From an uncultured Verrucomicrobiae bacterium (GTDB lineage: Bacteria; Verrucomicrobiota; Verrucomicrobiia; Limisphaerales; UBA11358): a stretch of DNA of 64,000 bases. Both the position numbers and the translations under genes were made by a program. Shown in pieces: positions 43,301-51,542 of this stretch. The notes under the pieces were generated by a model that did no database searches, was not told where the DNA came from, and was given only the letters and a program-made list of their open reading frames with translations. The DNA lies in the NCBI GenBank assembly GCA_963842445.1, contig CAWJHF010000009.1, forward strand, positions 20,217 through 84,216, given 5' to 3'. Every line of letters starts with the position of its first letter. The first letter of the stretch is position 1.

Positions 43301-44874
43301 GAGCCAGCTGTCAGGATTGAACTGAGATCAATGATTCAATGCCTGGAAAATCCTCATCCAGGATTATTCCAAGAGGCTTTTGAATGCGCCGGTGAACATC
43401 GTTGTGACTCGACAAATCCCCTAACGACAACATCGCTCTCATCACAAATCCTGGCGGATACTCCGGTGGTGCTTGCTTTGACATATTGCGTCAGATTTTC
43501 TAGGCTTGCCGCGGTTCACGATTTTCAAGATTGTCCAGCTTGTTGTTGAAAAACCATGACGAATACGACCAAGACAAAGTTGATCGTAGCCTTCATCGCG
43601 CTGTCGCTTTGTGTGACTTGGTTTTTGTTGTCGCGCGCCTCGGCGAACGGCAACAGCAAAAACAGCCTCACGCTGTATGTTTTCGTGGCGGATTCCCACA
43701 TCCGCAATCATTACGACATGCTGGCGGATGTCTGGAAGCCGCGCATCGGCGGCAACTGGATTGCCGGAAGGCTGGCTGACGCCTTTGCCCATGATGGGTG
43801 CTTGACCGATGCCGCCTACCAGAACGTGTTTGGGTTGTACAACGCCGTGTGGCTGTCGCTGATTTTTGCCGCGTTTATCTGCCTTGCGGACAATCCTGTG
43901 TTCGTCATCCCGCTTGTATTTGCGGGCATGTGTTACTCGCTCACGCCTCCCGATGATGTGACGATTTTCCCGTGGGATTTGCCGAGCATATTTTTCTGGA
44001 CGCTCTCGTTCCTGCTCTGGCAACGAAAGAATTATCTCTGGATGCTGGCGGCCATTGTGCTAGGCACGGTGTTCAAGGAAACGGTCGCGGTGACTGCCCT
44101 TCTCTTTTTTTTCACGACGATAAGTTGGCGCAAGAGGTGGGCATTTTTCGGGGCGGCCTTTGTTGCGTGCCTATTGCTCAAGCTGTGGATCACTCATGCG
44201 GTGATGGGACAGGCCCAAGTTTTTACGGCAGACTCGCACGAGCATCTCAGTTTCAACGTATTGAAAGGTTTATTTACTCCACATCTGAATCATTTCATCT
44301 GGGTCAATGCTGGGACATTCATGGTGGCGCTGTTCCTGCCCATGAAGACTCTGATTGATAAAGGAACCAAGTTTGTGTTGGTCGCTTTCTTCGCGGGCCT
44401 GACGGCAGCCTGTGTTTTGGCGGGCACTGACTTTGAGTTCCGTCAATTTTTGGATGTACTTCCCATTTCGGTTCTTTACTTGAACAGGACGATTCAAAAC
44501 TGGAGAACAAGCGAAGTTGGACCAGGTATGTTGCTTCCGCCTCAGTCGTAGATCGCATTGCACAAATCTCAGCGCAAACTCGTTACCGTGCAAAATGGCA
44601 CGGTCATCTTGTCAATGCGTAGCAACGCTTCCCGATGGCTTGAAGATGAAGCGTGTACGGTTAAGCAGCGCTCAAAGTGGGTGATCCATTGCCAGCCGCA
44701 TGATGTGCCGATCCTCGTCGTTGCGCACCCGCTCAAGCCGTTGGGCAATGGTGCGTATGCATTCCCGCATTGTTGCACACCGGTTGCACTTTTTGACTAC
44801 AAAGCGGTACGGAGTTTGTAAATGAGCCTAAAACCCTTGATTTTAAATGGAGCCAGCTGTCAGGATTGAACTGA
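43301..44874. mobile_element. ~1.5-kb AT-richer islet bracketed by 25-bp direct repeats of the tRNA-Thr 3' end (decayed integrative element?)
   Basis: gagccagctgtcaggattgaactga occurs exactly at 43301-43325 and at 44850-44874 (the T-arm plus 3' acceptor strand of the tRNA). No integrase gene lies between the copies. Confidence 0.45.
43556..44551 (+). CDS. polytopic membrane protein, homologous to the membrane domain of 57275..59266
   Basis: NVFGLYNAVWLSLIF...FPWDLPSIFFWTLSFLLW...LGTVFKETVAVTALLFFF parallels NLFGFYHATWLFLLF...YPWDMPTMFFFTLACLLY...LGALFKETTLCCALLILL. Confidence 0.7.
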   Translation: MTNTTKTKLIVAFIALSLCVTWFLLSRASANGNSKNSLTLYVFVADSHIRNHYDMLADVWKPRIGGNWIAGRLADAFAHDGCLTDAAYQNVFGLYNAVWLSLIFAAFICLADNPVFVIPLVFAGMCYSLTPPDDVTIFPWDLPSIFFWTLSFLLWQRKNYLWMLAAIVLGTVFKETVAVTALLFFFTTISWRKRWAFFGAAFVACLLLKLWITHAVMGQAQVFTADSHEHLSFNVLKGLFTPHLNHFIWVNAGTFMVALFLPMKTLIDKGTKFVLVAFFAGLTAACVLAGTDFEFRQFLDVLPISVLYLNRTIQNWRTSEVGPGMLLPPQS

Positions 44875-44922
44875 CGACCCACGGTTTACAAAACCGTTGC
44901 TCTACCGCTGAGCTAAGCTGGC
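44848..44922 (-). tRNA. tRNA-Thr (anticodon UGU), CCA encoded
   Basis: GCCAGCT-TA-GCTC-AGCGGTA-GAGC-A-ACGGT-TTTGTAA-ACCGT-GGGTC-GTCAG-TTCAATC-CTGAC-AGCTGGC-T-CCA. All four stems pair cleanly by hand. Confidence 0.9.
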
Positions 44923-44968
44923 GTCCGCCACACAACTCTTTTACGCGGCGCGCGGCCATTTGGCAAGT

Positions 44969-46312
44969 TCACACCGCGCACGGCGCCAGAATCGCGTCGG
45001 TCATGCCGTGGATGATTTTTTTGTCGGCAGGATTCACCGTTGCCAGCACGCCGCCGAGCTGCGGGCGCGCCGCGTCCCCTTCGCCGGAAACAAAATAATA
45101 CGGACACAGCCGCACACGCCCCTTCATCGTCTCAACGGAGTTTTTCGCAAAATCAAACCACTGTGTCTCGACGAGCGCCGGCTTGTGATAACGCTGGAGG
45201 ACGCGCGGTGACCGGTCGAAATGTTGAAGGGCGTCGTCCACCGCCTTCGCCCAGTCCGCCTGCGGCAAATCGCTGCCGAGAAAGACCCCGCGCGCGCCCC
45301 ACGCCTGCTCGGAAAAACCGGACACCTTCAAAATCAGGTCGCGCTCGCGCTGCGACAGCGTTTTGAGCTGCCGCCAGTCCGTCAGGTTCAATTCCGGAAT
45401 CGCCGCCTGCGGCGGCATTGGCGCCGGATCAATGATCCAGGTGTAGGGGACCAGTTTTTTCAGCCGGCTGAAAAAACCTTCGCCGAGTTCCTGCCGCCAG
45501 AAGCCTTGCAGGTTCCGGTTCCATAACAGGGCAAACAGCATCTTCTCCTCGAACAGCGGCTTGGGCGGCGGCGTGAGACGGATTCGCCTTCCAGCCGCCA
45601 GTTCAAAAACCATTTTTGAATTCGGCACGTTGGCCAGATCGAACAACTCGAAAAAACGATAGACCGCGTCGCCATCTGAAAAGTCGTTGAATCGTGAATC
45701 GTGAACCGTGAATCGTGGTCCGAGTTGTGTTGCCATCCACTCCATTTCCGGGCGATAGGTCGCCGCTTCCTCCGAGACGACAATGTGAACCATCTTGGCA
45801 CCGCCAAAAATGCTTTCAAAGCCGCGCACCATGCCGTCCGCACCGCCGATGAGTTCGGAGTTCGGAGTTCGAAGTTCGAAGTTTGAATACGTTTGGTTCA
45901 GCCACGCCGTCAACCCGATGCCGCCCGGCACGGAATCCAGTTCGGTGATGCTGAGGCCGGTCTCCGTCAGCAAAATGTCGGGGCGAATGACGCGCGGCAC
46001 GTCGTTCTTGAATGCGGGCGAACGCTGGAGCGCGATGAGGTCGGCTGGCTTGCCCAGGTCGAGCCAGCGCGCGACCCATTCCGGCTGTTTGCCTTCGGCG
46101 CTTTTGCGATAAAGCAGGTTAACCGCCCGATAAAATTGCAGCAGCACGCGCCCCAGCGATTCAATTTCCTTCGCCAGATTTTCTCCAAGCGGAAACGGCG
46201 TTGGCGAAATCCGCCAATCGAGTCCGGCAAACAAACCGCCCGGCGGCAACGCGTCGCGGATGAAACGCGCATTCCGTTCGAGAGTTCCAGGTTGCGTTGT
46301 TGCGTCAGTCAT
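44969..46312 (-). CDS. conserved hypothetical protein (possibly circularly permuted ATP-grasp-like)
   Basis: 447-aa ORF. ATGA overlap with the upstream gene at 46309-46312. ...SITELDSVPGGIGLTAWLNQ... and ...DAVYRFFELFDL... The family call is from memory and weak. Confidence 0.65.
   Translation of the reverse strand: MTDATTQPGTLERNARFIRDALPPGGLFAGLDWRISPTPFPLGENLAKEIESLGRVLLQFYRAVNLLYRKSAEGKQPEWVARWLDLGKPADLIALQRSPAFKNDVPRVIRPDILLTETGLSITELDSVPGGIGLTAWLNQTYSNFELRTPNSELIGGADGMVRGFESIFGGAKMVHIVVSEEAATYRPEMEWMATQLGPRFTVHDSRFNDFSDGDAVYRFFELFDLANVPNSKMVFELAAGRRIRLTPPPKPLFEEKMLFALLWNRNLQGFWRQELGEGFFSRLKKLVPYTWIIDPAPMPPQAAIPELNLTDWRQLKTLSQRERDLILKVSGFSEQAWGARGVFLGSDLPQADWAKAVDDALQHFDRSPRVLQRYHKPALVETQWFDFAKNSVETMKGRVRLCPYYFVSGEGDAARPQLGGVLATVNPADKKIIHGMTDAILAPCAV
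45699..45726. repeat. 4 tandem heptamers GAATCGT/GAACCGT inside a CDS
   Basis: gaatcgt gaatcgt gaaccgt gaatcgt. Encodes ...PRFTVHDSRFN... on the minus strand. Confidence 0.8.
45851..45885. repeat. 5 tandem heptamers GAGTTCG/AAGTTCG inside a CDS
   Basis: gagttcg gagttcg gagttcg aagttcg aagtttg. Encodes ...SNFELRTPNSEL... on the minus strand. Confidence 0.8.
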
Positions 46313-47697
46313 TGCGGTGTTTTGCTGACCTCCAAAATTTCGACGGGACGATGGACCAAGGTTAATTGCAACCCCAGCCGATCGCGGGCCGCGGCAATGA
46401 CAGCATCAGGGTCGGGCCGGAATTGTTCAGAGTCAGGTTTTGCCAATTCTATTTTCAGGCGTTTGTCATTTTCGAGAGCCTTTCCTTCTCTCAATTCCGC
46501 TGGCAATGTACTAATCCAGTCGCCATTGGGATTGGCGTCAATGGCCCGCCAAACCCTTCTGTCCGTCCCCGCTTCCAATTGCTCAGCTTCCGAGAGTTTC
46601 CATTTCAGGTCTGCGGCAAAAAGACCTTTCAAGCCCGTATTATCAAAAACAGGTTTTCTCAACGTTAATTCCAAATAATACACAATCCCGTTCATGGTGC
46701 TTCCATTCAGCCGAAAACCCCCTCCAGTTTGACCACCGCCTCCAGATTTTTCGACTTGGCGCAGGCCGGGGGCATTGGTGTTGATTTGCGTTAGAACATA
46801 AGCATCCATCTCTTTCGCAAATTGCTTCACTTCCATGCCGAAAGCTGTGCGAAGCGCGGCAATAAACTGACTTTGCAGTTCGTTTGAATGGCCGGAAGGC
46901 GCTCTTAACTCAAAATCATAATATCCATCGGGCAATTTGCATTTGATGAAGGTGCGGCTGGATGATTTATCGAATACAAAGTTCAAAGCGGATTCAATGG
47001 TCGCAATTTGGCCTTCGTAGCCGCAGTTATCAGAAAGGTGCGACCACATGCAAATAGGCCCTCGAATATTTTGTGGCATTTTGTGCTCACGAATGGAAAC
47101 TTCAAAAAGTGCCGGGGCTTGATTGGAAACGACTTTATCAGAAAGTTTGTCCACTGTGTAAACTTCGGGTTCGGGCAAAGAACATTTTTTTCCGGCCAGG
47201 ACCTCTTCCAAGTTTTCAGGCTTAATGTTGGCAGGATGGGCAATTGCTGCGATGTGCCCGCCGGCATCAACAATTACTGCATGAGGAATTCCGTCCACAT
47301 GAAACGCTTTGTTCAAAACCTCGTAATCATCCAGGCCAACCCATGCTTTCATCGGATGATTTTTAAGAAAACCTCGCACAACATCTTCATTCTCGGATGT
47401 CACTGAAATAAAAACGACGGGTTTGTCCTTGAATTGCTCCGCCAGATCGTTCAAATGCGGAATGGACTGAACGCACGGACCGCACCAGGTCGCCCAAAAT
47501 TCCAGCACCACCACTTTGCCTTTCAACTTGTCCCAGCTTATTTCAGCCGCTGGTGAACCCTGGATGGTTTTGCTTAACGTTAGCCGCGGCGGAACATCGC
47601 CGATTTTAGGGCCGTCTTTATCGGCAATCGCAAACGAATTGTTTGTGAAGATCCCCAGAAAGCATGATGCGGCAAAAACTATTCCGAAAATTTTCAC
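46309..47697 (-). CDS. secreted TlpA-like thioredoxin-fold protein fused to a TIGR03435-type C-terminal domain
   Basis: A GTG start at 47697 gives the signal peptide MKIFGIVFAASCFLGIF. Contains EFWATWCGPC. The C-terminus ...RDRLGLQLTLVHRPVEILEV is typical (from memory) of the soil-associated TIGR03435 family. Confidence 0.7.
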   Translation of the reverse strand: MKIFGIVFAASCFLGIFTNNSFAIADKDGPKIGDVPPRLTLSKTIQGSPAAEISWDKLKGKVVVLEFWATWCGPCVQSIPHLNDLAEQFKDKPVVFISVTSENEDVVRGFLKNHPMKAWVGLDDYEVLNKAFHVDGIPHAVIVDAGGHIAAIAHPANIKPENLEEVLAGKKCSLPEPEVYTVDKLSDKVVSNQAPALFEVSIREHKMPQNIRGPICMWSHLSDNCGYEGQIATIESALNFVFDKSSSRTFIKCKLPDGYYDFELRAPSGHSNELQSQFIAALRTAFGMEVKQFAKEMDAYVLTQINTNAPGLRQVEKSGGGGQTGGGFRLNGSTMNGIVYYLELTLRKPVFDNTGLKGLFAADLKWKLSEAEQLEAGTDRRVWRAIDANPNGDWISTLPAELREGKALENDKRLKIELAKPDSEQFRPDPDAVIAAARDRLGLQLTLVHRPVEILEVSKTPQ

Positions 47698-47702
47698 GGT
47701 TT

Positions 47703-48986
47703 TTATGTTCGGATCTGGCCGCTGCCAATGCCAATCCATTTGTAACTGGTCAATTCCTCGAGGCCCATCGGGCCGCGCGCGCCGATTTTGTCGGTGCTGA
47801 TGCCGATTTCCGCGCCCATGCCGAACTCGCCGCCGTCGGTGAACCGCGTCGAGGCGTTCCAATACACCGCCGCCGAATCCACCCCGGCGAGGAATTGTTT
47901 CGCATGGACCTCGTTCTTCGTGACGATGCTGTCCGAGTGCGCCGAGCCGTATTGATTGATGTGGTCAACCGCCGCCTCCACGCCGTCCACCGTCCGGACG
48001 TTCAGGATGTAATCGTTGTATTCGGTGTAAAAATCCTGCTCGGCGGCGGTTTTCAGCTTCAGGTTTTCAGTCTTCAATCCAGCCAGGACGGCGAGACTCT
48101 GCGGATCACAGCGCAACTCCACCCTTTTTTCCGCGAGTTTTCGCGCAATCCGCGGGAGAAATTCCTGCGCGACGGCCTTGTCCACGAGCAGCGTCTCCAT
48201 CGCGTTGCAGACGGCGGGACGCTGCACCTTGGCGTTGATTGCAATGTCCTCCGCCATCTGCAGGTCGGCGCCGGCGTCCACAAAAACGTGGCAGACGCCC
48301 TTGTAATGTTTGATGACGGGGACCTTGCTGCATTCGGCCACGGCGCGAATCAAACCTTCGCCACCACGGGGCATGCAAAGGTCAATGTATTGCGTGAGCG
48401 AAAGCAAAATGGGAATCGCTTCGCGGTCGGCCACGGGCACGACCTGAATCGCGTGTTCGGGAAATTTTGCGAGCGTCTGTTTTCCGGCTTCAATCATCGT
48501 CCGGGCAATGATCTGATTCGAATTCATCGCCTCCCTGCCGCCGCGCAGAATCGTCGCATTGCCGGATTTGAAACAAAGACTCGCCGCGTCCGCCGTCACG
48601 TTGGGACGCGATTCGTAAATGATGACCACCACGCCGATGGGCGTGGAGATTTTTTGCAGCTTCAGACCATTGGGCCGGACGCGCTCATCCAGAATTTTCC
48701 CGACTGGATCGGGCAACGCGGCGACTTCGCGCAGTCCTTTCGCCATTGCAGCAATGCGTTTGTCGTCGAGCTTGAGCCGGTCAAGCATCACGGACGAAAG
48801 TCCGCTTTTCGCAGCGGTATCCATGTCGAGCGCGTTGGCCTTTTTGAGCGCGTCGGAATTTTTTTCGAGCGCACCGGCCATGTCGAGCAGACAGGCGTTC
48901 TTCTCCGCCGTCGTCAGCCTGGCAAGTTCGCGCGACGCGGCCCTGGCCTGTCTGGCCAATCGCGTCATCTGCTCGTTCAAAGTCAT
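47703..48986 (-). CDS. proA: glutamate-5-semialdehyde dehydrogenase
   Basis: MTLNEQMTRLARQARAASRELARLTTAEKN ... IGVVVIIYESRPNVT ... Full-length ProA. Confidence 0.9.
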   Translation of the reverse strand: MTLNEQMTRLARQARAASRELARLTTAEKNACLLDMAGALEKNSDALKKANALDMDTAAKSGLSSVMLDRLKLDDKRIAAMAKGLREVAALPDPVGKILDERVRPNGLKLQKISTPIGVVVIIYESRPNVTADAASLCFKSGNATILRGGREAMNSNQIIARTMIEAGKQTLAKFPEHAIQVVPVADREAIPILLSLTQYIDLCMPRGGEGLIRAVAECSKVPVIKHYKGVCHVFVDAGADLQMAEDIAINAKVQRPAVCNAMETLLVDKAVAQEFLPRIARKLAEKRVELRCDPQSLAVLAGLKTENLKLKTAAEQDFYTEYNDYILNVRTVDGVEAAVDHINQYGSAHSDSIVTKNEVHAKQFLAGVDSAAVYWNASTRFTDGGEFGMGAEIGISTDKIGARGPMGLEELTSYKWIGIGSGQIRT

Positions 48987-49067
48987 GGAGCGAGGATACT
49001 CCAAAACCGTTATGAAGAAAAATGGAAGTTTTTGCTTGGGGGCACCGAGCAGTGCCTGGCGTTCTAA

Positions 49068-49364
49068 TTATTTTGCGCCCCGTTTTTTTGACGCGGCCCT
49101 TTCGTTCAGCGCGAACGTGGACGTCCGGTGCGCCGGATAAGGGAATTGTGCCTTCATGCTTTTGCCGATTCGATGTGGCGGCAGCGCCAATTCTTTGGGC
49201 ATGGCAATGCCGGCGCGCGTCAATTTCTCGACAATGGCGTCGCGGACAAATTGGGAGCGGTTCCGGTAACCCGCGCGTGCAAGCCCGGCGTCCAGCTCGC
49301 GCAGGAACTTTTCATCCACTGCGACAGGCAACAGTTTCTGACCTGCGGCGCGTTGATTTGGCAC
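49068..49364 (-). CDS. ribbon-helix-helix (CopG/MetJ-like) DNA-binding protein
   Basis: LLPVAVDEKFLRELDAGLARAGYRNRSQFVRDAIVEKL is an RHH fold. Start uncertain (GTG at 49364 or a downstream TTG). The long N-terminal extension of ORF 49068..49598 is rejected. Confidence 0.5.
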   Translation of the reverse strand: MPNQRAAGQKLLPVAVDEKFLRELDAGLARAGYRNRSQFVRDAIVEKLTRAGIAMPKELALPPHRIGKSMKAQFPYPAHRTSTFALNERAASKKRGAK

Positions 49365-49410
49365 ACAATTTCTATACACGTTTTTGCCGCCGGGAAAAAT
49401 CAAATTTTCG

Positions 49411-49439
49411 TTGACATAATTATAGACTAAATATATACA
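49411..49439 (+). promoter_or_regulatory. candidate sigma70-type promoter in the AT-rich divergent region
   Basis: TTGACA (49411-49416), 17 nt, then TATACA (49434-49439). Two TATACAC copies (49373-49379 and 49434-49440) could be RHH operators. Confidence 0.3.
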
Positions 49440-49445
49440 CCACGC

Positions 49446-49619
49446 ATGAAGCGGGCCGGGAAAAAGCGTAAAGGGAAAATGCTTGCAGTTTGGGTTTCCG
49501 AAACGTTGCTGCCGCGTCTGGACGAAGGCGTCAAAAGGGAAGATTCGGACCGCTCCAAGTTCATACGTAATGCCGTCCGGGAAAAACTGTTGCGCCACGG
49601 GGCCGCCGTCAAAAAATGA
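49446..49619 (+). CDS. small ribbon-helix-helix protein (not in the ORF track; 57 aa)
   Basis: Hand translation: MKRAGKKRKGKMLAVWVSETLLPRLDEGVKREDSDRSKFIRNAVREKLLRHGAAVKK. The TGA at 49617-49619 overlaps the ATG at 49616 of the receiver gene (ATGA). Alternative start at 49479, preceded by aaggga. Confidence 0.55.
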   Translation: MKRAGKKRKGKMLAVWVSETLLPRLDEGVKREDSDRSKFIRNAVREKLLRHGAAVKK

Positions 49620-50008
49620 GAATCACGGTAAAGCCGAAAATTCTTGTCGTCGAAGATCAGCCGGAAGTTCTGACCACGATGATGTTCCTTCTGGAACGCG
49701 CCGGGTTTGAGGTCTCCGGCGCGCAGAACGGCATGGACGGAATCCGGTTGTCGCAGAATGAGGAATTTGATCTCATCATCTTGGACGTCAACCTGCCGGA
49801 AAAGAACGGCTTTGAGGTGTGCGCCTGGCTGAAACAGGATTTTCGTTTCAGCCGGACGCCCTTCATTTTCACCTCCGGTCACTGGAACGAGGAAAATCGC
49901 CGGCGTGCGCTTGAACTGGGAGCTGCGGATTGCATTGACAAGCCGCTCGACACTTCACTTTTTCTGCAAAAAATCTTTTCCCACCTAAAAGCCGGTGCCG
50001 GGTTTTAA
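49616..50008 (+). CDS. single-domain response regulator (CheY-like receiver)
   Basis: KILVVEDQPEV ... DLIILDVNLPEKNGFEV ... FTSGH ... carries the receiver acidic pocket and phospho-Asp context. Confidence 0.85.
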   Translation: MRITVKPKILVVEDQPEVLTTMMFLLERAGFEVSGAQNGMDGIRLSQNEEFDLIILDVNLPEKNGFEVCAWLKQDFRFSRTPFIFTSGHWNEENRRRALELGAADCIDKPLDTSLFLQKIFSHLKAGAGF

Positions 50009-50107
50009 CCGACAAGGCCTCCAGCCACGGGACAAAATCGCAATTTTTGTTTAGTTGTTGCCAAAAAGCGGAAAGCACTTTTCCACCTGATCACCGATCC
50101 TCACAAC

Positions 50108-50329
50108 ATGGTTACTGGCAAGGAATTAGCAACAGGACAGTTTGACCAAACGACATCCCTGACAGCTGACAGTAACATCGTGCGGATTGCGGGGCATAAG
50201 GTCAGCGTTCCAGTCCGAATCATCGCGAAGTTGTGCGGAGTGATGGAAACTCGCGTACCGGTCGGGTACGAAGATGAAGGTGGATTTCATTACGGCCTGG
50301 ATATGGCCGGTTGGTTCTTTACAATTTAA
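50108..50329 (+). CDS. hypothetical small protein
   Basis: 73-aa ORF with lower GC than its surroundings. No recognisable motif. Confidence 0.3.
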   Translation: MVTGKELATGQFDQTTSLTADSNIVRIAGHKVSVPVRIIAKLCGVMETRVPVGYEDEGGFHYGLDMAGWFFTI

Positions 50330-50468
50330 GGCCCGTTGCCTCGCATCACTTTGGGATGCGCGGACAGGGGCGGACAGTTTTGATTCGGGCGGACAGCCGT
50401 TTTTTCAGCGGGATTCCTCATCCCCACCTCCTTGGCGACTGTCGCCCGAATCGCTTTTTAGGAATCGG

Positions 50469-51410
50469 TCAAAACATGTAGCTCACACTCACCTTGAACA
50501 TTACCGGCGCGGCCAATTGATTGCCGGTGAAGTTTTGATAAATGGGAAATTCCGCGTCGGCATAAATCTTCACCGGATGAACGTGAAATTCAACGCCGGG
50601 TGACAGCATCAGGCGCTGGTAGCCCGTGTCGCCGGAATCTGCCGCGGGGCCAATGTCGCCGGTCCGTTCGGAAAAAATCACCTGTGCCAACGGGGAAATG
50701 TGCGCGCGGCCCAGCGAGAGGCCTTTGTAGTCAATTCCTGCCGCCGTATCGAGTTCGACGCCCGGACGATATCCATTTTGAATCAGCACCGGCACATCCA
50801 GTTGCAACTGAGCAAACCAGTCCCATTTTTCATCTTTCGTGATATTGCCGCGATAAAAACCGCCCAGCAAAATGTCCGTGCTGCCCGTGCCAATTTGCGT
50901 GTCGCGATCCACCAAATCGGGATCAACCGAATGATCGCCTGTCGGCAATTTCAGGCCGAACATCACACCGGCGGACAGATCCGCAAAAAATCCCGTGTAA
51001 ATTCCCTCGAGCCGGATGTCCCCAAGCTGGCTCCAGCTATGCGATGCAATGTTGTTGTCGTCGTCTGTACCTTTGAAATAACGGAAGTCATAAGGTATCT
51101 CGATCTGTGCGCCCCAACTGCTGTTGAACATATATTGCAAGCCAGCCGTCACAAAGTGCGTCTCGATTTCCTTGTCTCCATTGTTTGCCGAGGGCGCTTC
51201 GGAAGTGCCGCTCCAGTTGCGATTTTGGTCCTGATAATCATATTGCAGGAAAGCCATTCCGCCTGTGCCATTGGGAAGCATCGAACTCGTCGCCACGTCA
51301 AAAACGCCGCACCCGCACGCGCAAGCGTGAACCACACTTGGTGCGAGCACTCCGGCCAACAAACCACAACCCATTTTTACCGCCGCTGAATTAATTGTTT
51401 TATTTTTCAT
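50469..51410 (-). CDS. outer-membrane beta-barrel protein (MetA-pathway/transporter-like family)
   Basis: Signal peptide followed by HACACGCGVFDV. Alternating beta-strand pattern. C-terminal ...KVSVSYMF ends in an aromatic residue. Confidence 0.7.
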   Translation of the reverse strand: MKNKTINSAAVKMGCGLLAGVLAPSVVHACACGCGVFDVATSSMLPNGTGGMAFLQYDYQDQNRNWSGTSEAPSANNGDKEIETHFVTAGLQYMFNSSWGAQIEIPYDFRYFKGTDDDNNIASHSWSQLGDIRLEGIYTGFFADLSAGVMFGLKLPTGDHSVDPDLVDRDTQIGTGSTDILLGGFYRGNITKDEKWDWFAQLQLDVPVLIQNGYRPGVELDTAAGIDYKGLSLGRAHISPLAQVIFSERTGDIGPAADSGDTGYQRLMLSPGVEFHVHPVKIYADAEFPIYQNFTGNQLAAPVMFKVSVSYMF

Positions 51411-51479
51411 TTTTAAATTTCAAAAGTTGCGAGAACGCGTTATGGCGCTCTCAAGGTTAAAAATTATTCTCGGGAATTT

Positions 51480-51532
51480 TGGTAGGGACGCCGCGCTGCG
51501 GCGTCCGGTCGGCGCAGCGCGCCGGCCTACCA
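51480..51532. repeat. REP-like element (GGTAGGGACGCCGCG...GCGGCGTCC family)
   Basis: Outer stem tggtagg...cctacca encloses gacgccgc-gct-gcggcgtc and ggcgc-agc-gcgcc hairpins. Its first half closely matches the reverse complement of 14651-14684. Confidence 0.65.
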
Positions 51533-51542
51533 TATTCGAAGA

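Noticed and set aside
44558-44821. 87-aa plus-strand ORF and the overlapping 69-aa minus-strand ORF
   Set aside because: They are mutually overlapping, have no motifs and lie in the decayed islet end. Neither is supportable.
44552-44847. Integrase or excisionase remnant next to tRNA-Thr
   Set aside because: Hand translation of all frames gives only short broken ORFs (for example MRECIRTIAQRLERVRNDEDRHIMRLAMDHPL) with no tyrosine-recombinase motifs. The question is left open pending a tblastx search.
47664-49067. 467-aa plus-strand ORF
   Set aside because: It is antisense to proA.
49365-49598. Long N-terminal part of ORF 49068..49598
   Set aside because: It crosses the AT-rich promoter region and overlaps the better-supported plus-strand RHH gene. 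The RHH fold starts only after 49364.
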